Shown: one piece after another, positions 1 to 11,816 of the stretch
Position numbering within the stretch: position 1 is the first letter of the stretch
How the letters are laid out: every line of letters begins with the position of its first letter
Notes under the pieces: generated by a model
What the model was told of the DNA's origin: nothing
Databases searched by the model: none
Seen by the model: only the letters and a program-made list of their open reading frames with translations
DNA from: Octopus bimaculoides
Taxonomy: Eukaryota
Reading direction: 5' to 3'
Assembly (NCBI RefSeq): GCF_001194135.2
Contig: NC_069000.1
Location: 17,099,256-17,162,431 of the forward strand
Length of the DNA stretch: 63,176 nucleotides
Made by a program: the position numbers and the translations under genes

Positions 1-23
1 TATATATATATATATATATATAT

Positions 24-185
24 TACAACAGGCTTCTTTCAGTTTCTAACTACCAAAATCCACTCACAAAGCTTTGGCCGGCTCGGAGCTATAGTAGAAG
101 ATACTTGCCTAAGGTGCTACGTAGTGGGACTGACCCAAAAATTATGTGGTTAGGAAGCAAACTTCTTATCACACAGCCATGCATT
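24..185 (-). mobile_element. SINE family S1 (tRNA head + CORE-like domain), 5' part
   Basis: Matches the near-complete copy at 59766-60166 (ggcttctttcagtttc...ctcacaaagctttgg...ctatagtagaaga.acttgcc.aaggtgc). Confidence 0.85.
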
Positions 186-649
186 TTTTGTTTGGTGTTG
201 TCGTTGTTGTTGTTTTTTTCTGGAATTCTGTAATTATTTAGTGTAGTAGTATGCTTTGTACGTACATACAAATGAAACAAATTAATGTTGGCGAAAGTAT
301 ATGAAATGACGCAAATGTAAATTATACTATCACGTACCCTATTGGCAGAAGGAAATAGAATTTTAGCTATCAAAACTATTCAGTATATATAGATACACAG
401 CCTCATCACGAAAGAGAGGGAGAGAATAATACAGTGCGTAACAGAGAGAATTAAAAGTTAAGAGTATGATCAAAATAGTATAAGTGAGGGAGGGACTAGT
501 TGAAGAGAAATATAGAGTCAGAAGTAAAAACAGAGCAGAAAATTTATGGTAGAGAGAACGATAGGGAAAACTCTAATAGCAATATAACTGTCAGTCTTTC
601 AAAAAGACAATAAAGTGACCCAGCAGAGTGTAAAAAAAACTAGGAAGAT

Positions 650-1220
650 GTGTAGTAGGGTCAAATAACTTCTTATACTATTCAGAGAATGAACTCTTGG
701 ATATCTGCCTATCTAGAAAAAAAACTGCATCAGGTTGCTGGACCCTGGTTCAGAAGTACCAGGGCTTTGAAGAGTGTGGAACCAACTCTTAGCCAATGTT
801 GTTCCGAGGTCTACACTGACCCAGGGTAGAAGCACTTGTCAAGGTCCCAACTATGGATTAAATATTATGTAATCACTTGATCCAGTATACGTTGAAATCG
901 TGGTGTATAGCATGGTGAATGTGAACTATTTAGGCAAATTAACATGTTAAGTCAATGGCGAATATCACTAGATGTTGAGCAGATGAACAGTCAACAAACT
1001 GTTAATGGCCAGGGTCAACCAGCTCAGTTCGCGAAATACTGCTATCATCTGTAGTCGTAGTGTGTGCAGATGATGCATTTCAGCTAGAGAAATACTAATG
1101 TGCCTAAACCTCAGACCAGATATTCATGCCCTGTTGCTCAATCGGAATGTCTGGCATGGAATAGCTTGCATTGGTCCGAGCAAGACGCGCGACCAGATTG
1201 CTTCGTAGATGAACTAATGC
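650..1220 (+). mobile_element. Highly degenerate RTE-type LINE C-terminal remnant
   Basis: Broken-frame peptides resembling the RTE post-RT region (QLxFAxYCYH, like RLRFAGHCYR; LLLNRNVW, like MxDRxxW); many stops. Confidence 0.3.
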
Positions 1221-2444
1221 TATGAAAAATTACCTGAATTCTCCTAATTTTTATTAGTAATATAACTTTCCGGACACCTATCTATGAAGAACTACTATGG
1301 ACTCCCAGTTTCTGCATATTATATTTTCCTGTCTATCTACTTAACGATACACTGCACTTATACTCACTTCTGTATAACTAATTTATAAATGCTTTGATGC
1401 CATTAACAACTGCTTGTCCATCTTTAATTTCATTGTACTTTCATTAGTTTCACCACTACATTTCCGGTAGCTAACTCTTGTTTGCTTGGATTCTGTCTCC
1501 CATCGTTTGACGCTAGATTTTAGGAATTTGATCCAGTTTGAGTACTAATATTTGTCTGTACCTATTCTCCGCCTTTCAACGTAGACTTATCCTATGTAAG
1601 TCAGTAGTTCATAAATCCAAAAAGAAGCACACTCTCAAAAAACTTTAGATCAGTATTAACATAATTGTTGGTAATGGCCGGTCAGGTAGTTACCATTGGT
1701 TTCCAACCTATAAAGCTCGTAGTGATATAGGTGACTCGTTAGACTCGTTGGCTGGAGGTACAAAACTTCTCTTACAACTGGAGGCAGGAATACAGTCTTA
1801 GTAAGTCAGGGCCTTGAAAAAAAAAACAACAACCTCAAAACGGAATTCTACAGAGAACTATATCTCTTCTAGACGAGATGAAGTTATCTCCCCTTGACGG
1901 GTTCCGGTTGAGTCCAAAACAGGTCAGCACACCCAACAGCAGTATATATAACAGTAATATATATAACACCCATAGGGACATGTATGTATGTGTATGTATG
2001 CACACACACACACACGCACATATATAATAACATATGAGATGGACGTGGCCTACGAGCCCACGAAACTTCAAAAAGTCATGCGGTGTTGAGTGAAACTGTT
2101 ATTAAAAGTATATCTAACTCTTACCAAATATGAGTGCCACTTTCTTTCATCTGTCCATTCACTCGTATGTATATATGATAGGATTGCTTCAAATTACTCC
2201 TGCATATCTCACACCATGAACTTTAACATACTTCTCAACATTCAGAAGAGATCTGCCAAACCATTTGGCATATCGAAACGATCGTAAATGACTCATTATA
2301 TAATCTCCACATAATTAAATCAATGGCTAACTAGCCCAATTCACTTGCTTCTTCTTGTGTTTGTTTCTCCATTCTCCACNNNNNNNNNNNNNNNNNNNNN
2401 NNNNNNNNNNNNNNNNNNNNNNNNNNNNNNNNNNNNNNNNNNNN

Positions 2445-2490
<46 letters not shown>

Positions 2491-2961
2491 CGTGTGTGTG
2501 TGTAAGTATGTATGTATATGCATATGCATGTATTTATATATATATATGTATACACGCACACACACACACACACACACACTCACACTTAGTCATATATATA
2601 TATACATATATATGTGTGTGTGTGTGTGTATATATATAAGCATGTAGGTATGTATATATGTACGTATTGACAAACCACGCATGATGACAAAAGAGATGAG
2701 CATCACTCAATATCGTTTAGAAATAGAGGGTTATGTGTATTGAATGATACAGTTATAGAGATTCACATACAGGACTTTAAGTTTCCCAACGATATAATGA
2801 TCATCACACTTCTTCAGCTGTCGTAAGACTGGAGCTCTCTTAGTATCAATAACACACGAAAAAAGCCTGCACCGCCAGTGGGATGGCAAAACCATTAGGC
2901 ATCATTCCGTACAAGAGAAACACCTCTCTTCAGCTTGATTTCCAGAATATATATATATATT

Positions 2962-3213
2962 TACACTATAGCCTCGGGCCTACCAAAGCCTTGTGAGTGG
3001 ATTTGGAAGACGGAAACCGAGAGAAGCTTGTATACATGTATATATACATGCGTGTGTGTCTTCGTGTCTGTGCTTGTCCCCTAGAATCGTTGACAGCCGA
3101 TGTTGGTATGTTTACATCCTCGAAACTTTACTGATTGCAAAAGAGACCGATAGAATAAGTACCAAGCTTTAAAAAATAAGTACTGGGGTCGGTTCATTTG
3201 GCTAAAAATTCTC
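2962..3213 (+). mobile_element. SINE S1, 5'-truncated
   Basis: ctatagcctcgggcctaccaaagccttgtgagtggatttgg...gagaccgatagaataagtacc. Confidence 0.85.
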
Positions 3214-3386
3214 GGATTTTCTGGAGAGTAGAGGACAGCTGTGTATGCGTGTTTCTGCTTTAACAGGAGTCATATTAGCACACAGGAGTTGTCCTACCTT
3301 GTTTCCAGCATTCGGGCTACTTAGACATACACAAAAAAGAGCAGTACATACTCACACACATACATACTTATCTCTCTCTCTTTCTT

Positions 3387-3458
<72 letters not shown>

Positions 3459-3530
3459 NNNNNNNNNNNNNNNNNNNNNNNNNNNNNNNNNNNNNNNNNN
3501 NNNNNNNNNNNNNNNNNNNNNNNNNNNNNN

Positions 3531-3664
3531 NTATACGTAGAATCTCTGCCAAATCAGATTGGAGCCTGATGTAGCCATCTGGTTCACCAGTCCTCAGTCA
3601 AATCGTTCAACCCATGCTAGCATGGAAAGCGGACGTTAAACGATGATGATGATGAAGATGATGA

Positions 3665-3670
<6 letters not shown>
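3531..3670 (+). mobile_element. RTE LINE 3' end with (GAT)n tail
   Basis: ccagtcctcagtcaaatcg..caacccatgctagcatggaaagcggacgttaaacgatgatgat, as at the end of the RTE copy 36232-37488. Confidence 0.85.
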
Positions 3671-3723
<53 letters not shown>

Positions 3724-3803
3724 TGTATGCATGTATGCATGCATGCATGTATGTATGCATGCATGCATGCATGTATGTATGTATGTATGTATGTATGTAT
3801 GTA
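3670..3803. repeat. Compound (TA)n/(TATG)n/(CATG)n microsatellite
   Basis: Direct reading. Confidence 0.95.
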
Positions 3804-3957
3804 TAGGGTAGTTGAACATATTTGTGCACGGTATTTTTATTTGTAGTGTCCAACACATCATGTCAAAGGGAAAGAAAGAAGAAAGTAAACGAGGAGCTAA
3901 ATAGATAATCAAGGGGATACCTCAGATATTTTAACATAAGAAAATAAGACTGCTTAC

Positions 3958-4078
3958 ACTGTGTTGTCATCCCCTTTCTTCTTCTTTACAGAACGTTCCA
4001 TGTGCATTTCTCTGAGCACTTTGAATCCCTCGTAGAAACCTGAGAGAATGAACACCAAAATGCAGGCGCCAATGATTT
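3958..4078 (-). CDS. SLC31A1: Internal exon of a Ctr/SLC31 copper transporter (TM1 and start of the cytoplasmic loop)
   Basis: Acceptor tctctctttcttccag, 121-nt exon, donor GTAAGC. Translates (E)IIGACILVFILSGFYEGFKVLREMHMERSVKKKKGDDNT(V), matching the Ctr TM1 motif GA..vF.l..fYEGlK..RE. As I recall it, the human SLC31A1 exon starts at the same phase-1 G|E position and also ends in phase 2. Paralog identity (CTR1 vs CTR2) is not resolvable. Confidence 0.88.
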
Positions 4079-4299
4079 CTGGAAGAAAGAGAGACATAGC
4101 CAGGAAATCTAGGGTGCGCAAATATATGGTTTAGTTAACAACAGAAAGACGATGTAATGCGGTTAGTAAGCGGTTACAGTGTTTGTGCAATACCGTTGAT
4201 AGATAATTAGGTATTAAGAACTAATTCTTCCTGGACGATTGAGCAAGATGATCCATAAACAAAAATGGGAACGTTATGGATACCATTAGGAAAAAAAAT

Positions 4300-4990
4300 A
4301 TTTATATAAATAAATCTATCTGTCAACATTAATTCTAAAACAGTAAATTACCTAGATATTACCATATCGGGTCTCCTCCATAAACCAAATAAAGAAACTA
4401 CTTATATATAAAAAGGAAAAGGCTCTGACAACCCACAATCAATTATCAAAAAGATCACGGAAACATAGGCATATAACCAGTTTATCATGAGATGAAGGCA
4501 CCTTCCATTAAGCCACCAGCACTAAACAATGCACAAGCGAGGTCCAATTTCAGCGAATCTATCACTAGAACGAGTTCACCCTAACTAGAGCTAGATGTTG
4601 AGGTATTGTGGTTCAATCCACCATATAGTTTGAGCACAGCTACAAACATTGCAGGAAGTATTTCATATATGCCGGCACTCTTTCCACGAACACATAGATA
4701 TCACAAAATATTCAGAAGAAACATTACTGTAGTAAGTTACAGCTGCTTTCTTAACATAGGTTCACAAACCTTCTGTCACAACCAAAAATATTAATTTCAG
4801 TAAACTCCGCTTTCAAAACATTCATGTAGCTTCAGATCCTTCAATCACAGTCCTTTGAATAAAAAAAATGCTTTGAGAAGTAACTAGTATGCACAGCCGA
4901 CATCCCTGATGTACATGATGCAATAAAATCCCATAATGGACTCAATATAGATTTTAAGGAAGGATTCACGCAACATATGGCTTTGTAGCA
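4300..4990 (+). mobile_element. Degenerate Naiad-type Penelope-like retroelement (RT C-terminus to start of GIY-YIG)
   Basis: Peptides LSVNINSKTVNYLDIT, HKPNKETTYI, WFNPPYS..TNI, FPRTHRYHKIFRRN..VSYSC, a degenerate CxCx5Cx5C-like linker (SCSFRSFNHSPLNKK) and FKEGFTQH. Confidence 0.75.
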
Positions 4991-6221
4991 GAGCTACATA
5001 TTACATAGTAATATGTGAGTCGACCTGCACAGCAGACATCGATGAGGCGTCTAGCCTCGCTTTGATACACTGGCTTCTCTCTGAGACACTAGCCTCGTTT
5101 CTACACCGTAGATAAGACCCCATTTCCTGCCAGATTTCGGTCAAAGACACATGTCTTCTCATCAGCTCCACGCGCAATCTCCCACGTGCGACTCACATGT
5201 CTATTCACCTCGACACAAGATATGTGGTTCGTAAACGAAGATATTTTATCACACACACATTCTCAAAATGACTGTTCTCATTACACACATGCATACATAC
5301 TGTAATACAAATATCATATGTTACTTCTTTCAGTGCAAAAGCAAAAATCAAAACTTCCTTTGTATGTAAACACATATTTTTGTATCATACTACATGCTTC
5401 CACTACAAAAGGTGAACACAGAATAGCCAATGTATTTATACACAAAAATGTCTTATGATGATTAATACTAACCATTTTTTCCTATTTAATAACACGCACT
5501 TGAACAACAACAGCCGCTATAGTTTCAATCAACGATAGAAAAATTTGTATGGAGTCTAAAGGACCGCGGAGTGACGAATCCACTCTTTAACTAGAGCGCG
5601 GTTTCTAAAACAAGTCCCCAGGCGTAATCTCTGCATCAAAAACGAAAGAGCTAAAAAAAATATTGACCTTGACATTTTCTCCTACCTAACACATAAAGCA
5701 TTTCAAATTTTAAACACAATCCTCTCCCAGTCGAACTGCAACCTCAAACTAGGTGATCCGGCTGTTTCCTCATCCCCCACTCTACTCCCAAACCTACAAC
5801 AACTCTGCCACATTCCTCAATTCCAACCCAAACATTATTTAGTTAATAGTCCACACTCCTAAATTGTCCATATATACTCATTTCACACTTAACATCAATA
5901 CATAACAATATAACAGCCGGAAACAACATACAATACCCCAAATCTGCCACAATAATCAACCTAATTCACCTTCCCCTTCACCCCCGCATCCACTATCTTC
6001 AAGACACCCCCGAAGCTTGCCAACTCTAGCAACTACATGATATTCCACAGTATCCAAGACTACACTAATGCTGCAATAATGGTTCCTACAAATAACTTAA
6101 ACACATAAACCCTACAGTAATTAATACACTGGATTACCATAGCCAAGCATACAACCCTGCTCAAACTTATGCATTAGTATGAACTACAGAACAACAAATA
6201 TATGACGTCAACTACGAACAT

Positions 6222-6343
6222 AATCTTTTCTACTCTAGGCACAAGGTCCGAAATTTTTGAGGAGAGTGCCAGTCGATTAAATCGGCCCAGGTTCGCAACT
6301 GGTACTTAATTTAGCGACCCCGAAAGGATGAAAGGCAAAGTCG
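6222..6343 (-). mobile_element. SINE family S3, 3' half (truncated by gap)
   Basis: Reverse complement of cgactttgcctttcatcctttcggggtcgctaaattaagtaccag... Confidence 0.85.
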
Positions 6344-6443
6344 NNNNNNNNNNNNNNNNNNNNNNNNNNNNNNNNNNNNNNNNNNNNNNNNNNNNNNNNN
6401 NNNNNNNNNNNNNNNNNNNNNNNNNNNNNNNNNNNNNNNNNNN

Positions 6444-6490
<47 letters not shown>

Positions 6491-6899
6491 GTCGGACAGA
6501 CAGACTAACTGTTCTGACAGACAAACATAAATATCGCTATAACTTAAAATTCCTCTCCACATCTACTTGAGACGTAATATTTTTTTTAAATATTTTAATT
6601 ACTTTAAAGTAATGAACAAAAGAAGTGTTATTGCTTTCACACTATCACCTCTTGAACAACCACCAATCAACACCATCTTCACAAACCGCACTCACCACAC
6701 CACCACCACCACCACTAGCTAAAAGATCATCACATCTACTATTACCACTGCCACCACAACCACCATTACATCCACCACTACTATAGACAACAACAATAGC
6801 ATCAATAACGGCAACCATTGAGGAATCCCTTGCCTGGTTGTTCGTATTCTAGAAACAATAGCCATATCGCTAATAAAATCATACTATCTTTAAAAGAGT

Positions 6900-7247
6900 G
6901 GAGGCGCAATGGCCCAGTGGTTTGGGCAGCGGACTCGCGGTCATAGGATCGTGGTTTCGATTCCCAGACCGGGCGTTGTGAGTGTTTATTGAGCGAAAAC
7001 ACCTAAAGCTCCACGAGGCTCCGGCAGGGGATGGTGGCGAATTCTTCCACCACAACTTTCTCTCACTCTTACTTCCTGTTTCTGTTGTGTCTGCAATTCA
7101 AAGGGTCAGCCTTGTCACACTGTGTCACGCTGAATATCTCCGAGAACTACGTTAAGGGTACACGTGTCTGTGGAGTGTTCAGCCACTTGCACGTTAATTT
7201 CACTGGAACCTTCGACGTCGTAAGCGACGGAGTGCCAACAACAACTA
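6900..7247 (+). mobile_element. SINE family S2 (tRNA-Arg-like head), near full length
   Basis: ggaggcgcaatggcccagtgg (A box)...ggtttcgattccc (B box); shared body with 45567-45956 and 48188-48549; (caa)n tail. Confidence 0.9.
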
Positions 7248-7525
7248 CCTTTTTAAAACATTAGGGTATCATCTGAGAGTGAATTGGCTGCTATTTCTTG
7301 TAGAATTTACGGTCACGTGGTGTTGCTGCTGATACCAATAATATATTACAGTTTTGCTGTTGAGATAATTGCTTTAGTTATGATATGATATTATCATGAA
7401 TGGCGCTGTTTTTAACGCAACCTGACAATAAAAGTAAGCAATAACAAATTTTACGAGTACAATAAACATTTATTGCTGTACTTGTTTCTGTTTTTATTAA
7501 TCACCATGGCATTAAGAAAAACATT

Positions 7526-7558
7526 CTTCTTCTTCTTCATCTTCTTCTTCTTCTTCTT

Positions 7559-7651
<93 letters not shown>
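7526..7651. repeat. Compound (TTC)n(TTA)n microsatellite; the TTA part is the tail/target of Dong fragment E
   Basis: Direct reading. Confidence 0.95.
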
Positions 7652-7921
7652 TTTTTTTTTACTTCTCAGAGCTTTCGGTCTTACTTGCTCAGGTCGATGT
7701 TGTGAGAACGGCCAACAACCTGTTGTCAGATGTCTCACAGGGTCTATTTCCGCAAATTATAAGCTTTGGTACTTGGATATCAACTTATCGTGAAAGACAC
7801 TCAACACTTAAGCACCAATCTCAAAATCTTAGCTGTCCCCCAATAAAGCAGGTTTTTGAGCCAGCTCTGCTCTCAAGTCAATTCCAATTTCTCCGACATA
7901 TTTCTCGAACCTGGTTGTTAA
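7652..7921 (-). mobile_element. R4/Dong-clade RLE retrotransposon 3' end (fragment E)
   Basis: Minus strand LTTRFEKYVGEIGIDLRAELAQKP/ALLGTAKILRLVLKC* (stop 7801-7803, one frameshift), then 3' UTR and (AAT)n tail. Confidence 0.75.
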
Positions 7922-7922
7922 A

Positions 7923-7955
<33 letters not shown>

Positions 7956-7980
7956 GATTATTATTATTATTATTATTGTT

Positions 7981-9295
7981 CAGTAGTTTTATTTTTATAA
8001 CGTGCTTTCACTTCACTACCGAGCACAGCTCTGTGTGCCTTGGGTATGTGCTGTGGTTTGCTGTGNNNNNNNNNNNNNNNNNNNNNNNNNNNNNNNNNNN
8101 NNNNNNNNNNNNNNNNNNNNNNNNNNNNNNNNNNNNNNNNNNNNNNNNNNNNNNNNNNNNNNNNNNNNNNNNNNNNNNNNNNNNNNNNNNNNNNNNNNNN
8201 NNNNNNNNNNNNNNNNNNNNNNNNNNNNNNNNNNNNNNNNNNNNNNNNNNNNNNNNNNNNNNNNNNNNNNNNNNNNNNNNNNNNNNNNNNNNNNNNNNNN
8301 NNNNNNNNNNNNNNNNNNNNNNNNNNNNNNNNNNNNNNNNNNNNNNNNNNNNNNNNNNNNNNNNNNNNNNNNNNNNNNNNNNNNNNNNNNNNNNNNNNNN
8401 NNNNNNNNNNNNNNNNNNNNNNNNNNNNNNNNNNNNNNNNNNNNNNNNNNNNNNNNNNNNNNNNNNNNNNNNNNNNNNNNNNNNNNNNNNNNNNNNNNNN
8501 NNNNNNNNNNNNNNNNNNNNNNNNNNNNNNNNNNNNNNNNNNNNNNNNNNNNNNNNNNNNNNNNNNNNNNNNNNNNNNNNNNNNNNNNNNNNNNNNNNNN
8601 NNNNNNNNNNNNNNNNNNNNNNNNNNNNNNNNNNNNNNNNNNNNNNNNNNNNNNNNNNNNNNNNNNNNNNNNNNNNNNNNNNNNNNNNNNNNNNNNNNNN
8701 NNNNNNNNNNNNNNNNNNNNNNNNNNNNNNNNNNNNNNNNNNNNNNNNNNNNNNNNNNNNNNNNNNNNNNNNNNNNNNNNNNNNNNNNNNNNNNNNNNNN
8801 NGTTATGTTTCTTTTCATTATATGTTTTTGGTAATTTCTGGTGGGGAGGCTTTGGTCTTGTGCAGCAATTAAAAATCCTTCAGTCTCTGCTTTGAGTCCT
8901 GAGCTTCTCAACCATTGCTGGGATTTTTCTCTGTCTATTTCTTTTGCATGTTTAGCCCAGTAGGGGCTTTTCTTGCCATCGTTTTATCATGGTCCGTTGT
9001 TGTTCTAGTTTTAGTTTGGATTTCATTTGTTTTATAGCTTTTGTTGTTTCTTCTTCTTCGTCTTCGTATTTGTTAGGTAGTATGATTTCTTGTTTGTATT
9101 TTTCAGCTTCCTTAAATACTGAAAACAGTTTTTTGTTTTGCTCGTGTTTTGTGGCTATTTGTATTAGTTTTCCTTGCTTCTGGAGTAGGTATTTTTGCAG
9201 TCCTACGGTGGTTATTTTCCAGCTGTATAAGACCCCTGCCACCTTCTGTGCGTTGTATATATAACCTTTGTCAGATTTTGGATGGTATCCTGTCC
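7981..9295 (-). mobile_element. R4/Dong-clade retrotransposon, 5'-truncated (fragment D; gap 8066-8801)
   Basis: HPKSDK.RLYIQRTEGGRGLIQLE, RWQEKPLLG, RSSGLKAETEGFLIAAQDQSLPTRNY; 3' UTR ends in an (AAT)n tail at 7923-7980. Confidence 0.88.
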
Positions 9296-9411
9296 ATCAT
9301 CATCATCATCAATCAATCACCAATCATCAATCACCATCAATCATCATTCATAAATCATCATCAATTAATCATCATCAATCATCAATCACCATCAATCATC
9401 ATCAATCACCA
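9296..9411. repeat. Degenerate (CAT)/(CAAT)/(CAC) tandem repeat
   Basis: catcatcatcaatcaatcaccaatcatcaatcacc... Confidence 0.85.
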
Positions 9412-9586
9412 TCAAGCTTAACGGTATTTCGTCTGACGCTAAGTTCTAAGTTCAAATTCCGCCGAGGTCGACTTTGCCTTTCATCCTTTCGAAGTCGATA
9501 AATTAAGTACCAGTTGCATACTGGAGTCGATGTAATCGACTTAATCCCTTCTCCCAAATCTGAAGCCTTGCGCTTCCAGTAGAAAG
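9412..9586 (+). mobile_element. SINE S3 ending in (ATT)n
   Basis: gttcaaattccgccgaggtcgactttgcctttcatcctttcgaagtcgataaattaagtaccag...gtagaaagg then (att)n 9587-9654. Confidence 0.9.
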
Positions 9587-9587
9587 G

Positions 9588-9654
<67 letters not shown>

Positions 9655-9655
<1 letters not shown>

Positions 9656-9938
9656 GTTTGACTTTTGCTTTGCATTTGTACAAGTTGGATCCAAGTCTCA
9701 CCCAGAGACCTCAAGAGACCACAAGTTAGAAGTTCATGTAGGTGTTATGCCAAGGGTACCATATATTTGGATTTGTACATAGTGTTGTTCTACTCAATGT
9801 TTAAGAAACCATAAGAAAATTATGTGTTTGTTTTAAAATTTGAGATCACATAGACAGTATTTTACGTAGGATATGGGCAGTTTCCATGAGCACTATTTTT
9901 TGAACTTCAGCCATTTTGGGGTTTCCTGGTATCTGAGC
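9655..9938 (-). mobile_element. R4/Dong-clade 3' end (fragment C)
   Basis: QIPGNPKMAEVQKIVLMETAHILRKILSM* plus a distinct 3' UTR; (AAT)n on both sides. Confidence 0.8.
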
Positions 9939-9993
<55 letters not shown>

Positions 9994-10002
9994 CATTATC
10001 AT

Positions 10003-11082
10003 CTTTCAATTCTGTTTCCTTCTCTTGCTGACTGTGTTCTTGACACCTAGGGCAGAGAAACGCACGGTATACATTGGCAGGACATTAAAATAAACACACC
10101 AGATTGTTTATTTACAAAGTTATGTGATAGAGAAAAAGGGAAAGAAAGACAGAGAGAAAAGGAAAAAATTAAAAAAAAAAAACATAGAAGTAAACAAAGA
10201 AAATAAAGGGAAAAAAGGAAATAAAATTCACAACGACAATGTTCTTCTCAATACGTGAGACGTACCAGTTAAGACAATCTTTTGCATTTCCCGCACGGAT
10301 GGTAAGCCAGGAACCATTCTTAAATAAGTTTCAGTTCCTTTCTTGATCATTCCAAGCGCTCCTACAATTACTGGTATTGTAACCGTCTTGAGATACCACA
10401 TCTTTTCGATTTCGATTAGTAAATCTTTACATTTTCTGAGCTTATCAAATTCTTTTGCTGAGATATTATGGTCACAGGGTACGCTCATGTCATTCAATAA
10501 ACAGACTTTATTATTTTGGTCTTTCACAACAATATCTGGTTAATTAGCTTTGATGATCCAGTCTGTACATACTGGGAAGTCTCAAAGAATAGTTACATTT
10601 TCTCCCTCAGTTACAGCCTCAAGAGCGTGCTTGTACCATTTGTCAGCAATTTTAATTTTATAATACCGCCTCATTATCCAATGTAGATATTGTCCAACTC
10701 TGTCATGTCTTGATTTGCACTCTACAGGTGCTAAATCCTTACACCCAGAGATTAATTGGTCCACTGTTTCAATCCCAGCATTGCAGTATCTACACCATTT
10801 TTCATTATATTGGCTTGATAGTCCCCAGTCAATAAGCTCTGATTTTGAGCGGCCAAGATAAAGCCGACATTCTCTGCTTTTAGCCCTGAGCTCCGTAGTC
10901 ATTGGTGTGTGTGCTTATGGTCTACATCAGCTTGTTTGCTACGGGCCACATATTTGCCATGCAGAGGATTTTTGTCCGCCAATTGTTCACACGCATTTTG
11001 CTATTGATTTCACCTTCATTGCAACTAAAGTTGCCGCACTTCCATCATACTGTTCAACCTGGGTATTATACATAAATTCACT
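10003..11082 (-). mobile_element. R4/Dong-clade retrotransposon, 5'-truncated (fragment B): zinc knuckle + RLE endonuclease
   Basis: KNPLHGKY, LRSSGLKAE, CRYCNAGIETVDQLISGC, RHD, PDIVVKD..CLLNDMSVP..KEFDK, IVGALG, QKIVLTGTSHVLRRTLSL*; (AAT)n on both sides. Confidence 0.9.
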
Positions 11083-11117
11083 TATTATTATTATTATTAT
11101 TATTATTGTTATTATTA

Positions 11118-11161
<44 letters not shown>

Positions 11162-11166
11162 ATTAT

Positions 11167-11357
11167 TCAGTAGTCTTATTTTTATCACGTGCTTTCAATG
11201 CACTACCGATCGCAGCTCTGTGTGCCTTGGGTACGTGCCGTCGTTTGTTCTGATGCTCTTATTTTCAGTGTATTGAAAGTGTTTTACGTAGGTTGTGTGT
11301 GGTGCCTAGTAGTGCTATTTTCTGTATGTTATATATACTTGTAAGTCCTGTAGGTTT
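11167..11357 (-). mobile_element. R4/Dong-clade 3' end (fragment A; same family as D)
   Basis: GLTSIYNIQKIALLGTTHNLRKTLSIH*; 3' UTR aligns with 7981-8065; (AAT)n tail 11083-11166. Confidence 0.85.
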
Positions 11358-11816
11358 TTACTCTACTCTAAACGTTTTGCAACGTTTGCTTTTGAAAATA
11401 CTGGTTTTCTGATTGCAGCCCTTCCGTGAAATCCGGCTTTATGCAACTCCCGACGAGCAGTTTCTGTGGAAACTGGGTTCTCGAGGTGGTCATTAAGCTC
11501 TGCAGTAATTTTAGGAGCCGTACTTTTGTGATCCTTTCTAACAATTCGCGCCAGAGTCCGACAATCCCTATTTGAAAGTTTTGGTTTTCTTCCGGAGTTT
11601 TGTTCGACAGGGGTGGTGGGGTTCCTCTTTCTCAAAGGCTGTCATTACTTTCGAGACAGTACTTCTTGACACAACAAACATTTCGACTGTTTTCGCTACG
11701 CTAGCGCTTGCCATACGAGCACCAACAATTTGACCTCTTTGAAAGTCCAATAGATCTGTCATTTTAATGAATTTTAATTACCTTTTTCTGATGGTATCTG
11801 AAAAGAAACAGCAATT
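11350..11816 (-). mobile_element. Tc1-family transposase N-terminal relic
   Basis: MTDLLDFQRGQIVGARMASASVAKT..VSRSTVSKVMTAFEKE and NSGRKPKLSNRDCRTLARIVRKDHKSTAPKITAELNDHLENPVSTETARRELHKAGFHGRAAIRKP..AKRLE; frameshifted; no catalytic domain seen. Confidence 0.9.

Noticed and set aside
89-3330. Candidate downstream Ctr exons (about 280-345, 2125-2150, 2190-2250, 3290-3320)
   Set aside because: Some have plausible splice sites or phase, but none encodes the H..Q..LH or MxxxM TM2/TM3 motifs.
6900-6975. tRNA-like sequences (also about 19080-19152, 45880-45954, 60095-60166)
   Set aside because: A and B boxes are present but the cloverleaf is imperfect and each continues into a repeat body; these are SINE heads, not tRNA genes.
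7973-8911. Long ORFs containing X runs (also 11764-12465, 13341-14022, 25506-26044, 26919-27821, 36196-37470, 55950-56853, 61391-61955)
   Set aside because: Length comes from N-gaps. The only real coding parts are transposon-derived (Dong at 7973-8911, RTE at 36196-37470).
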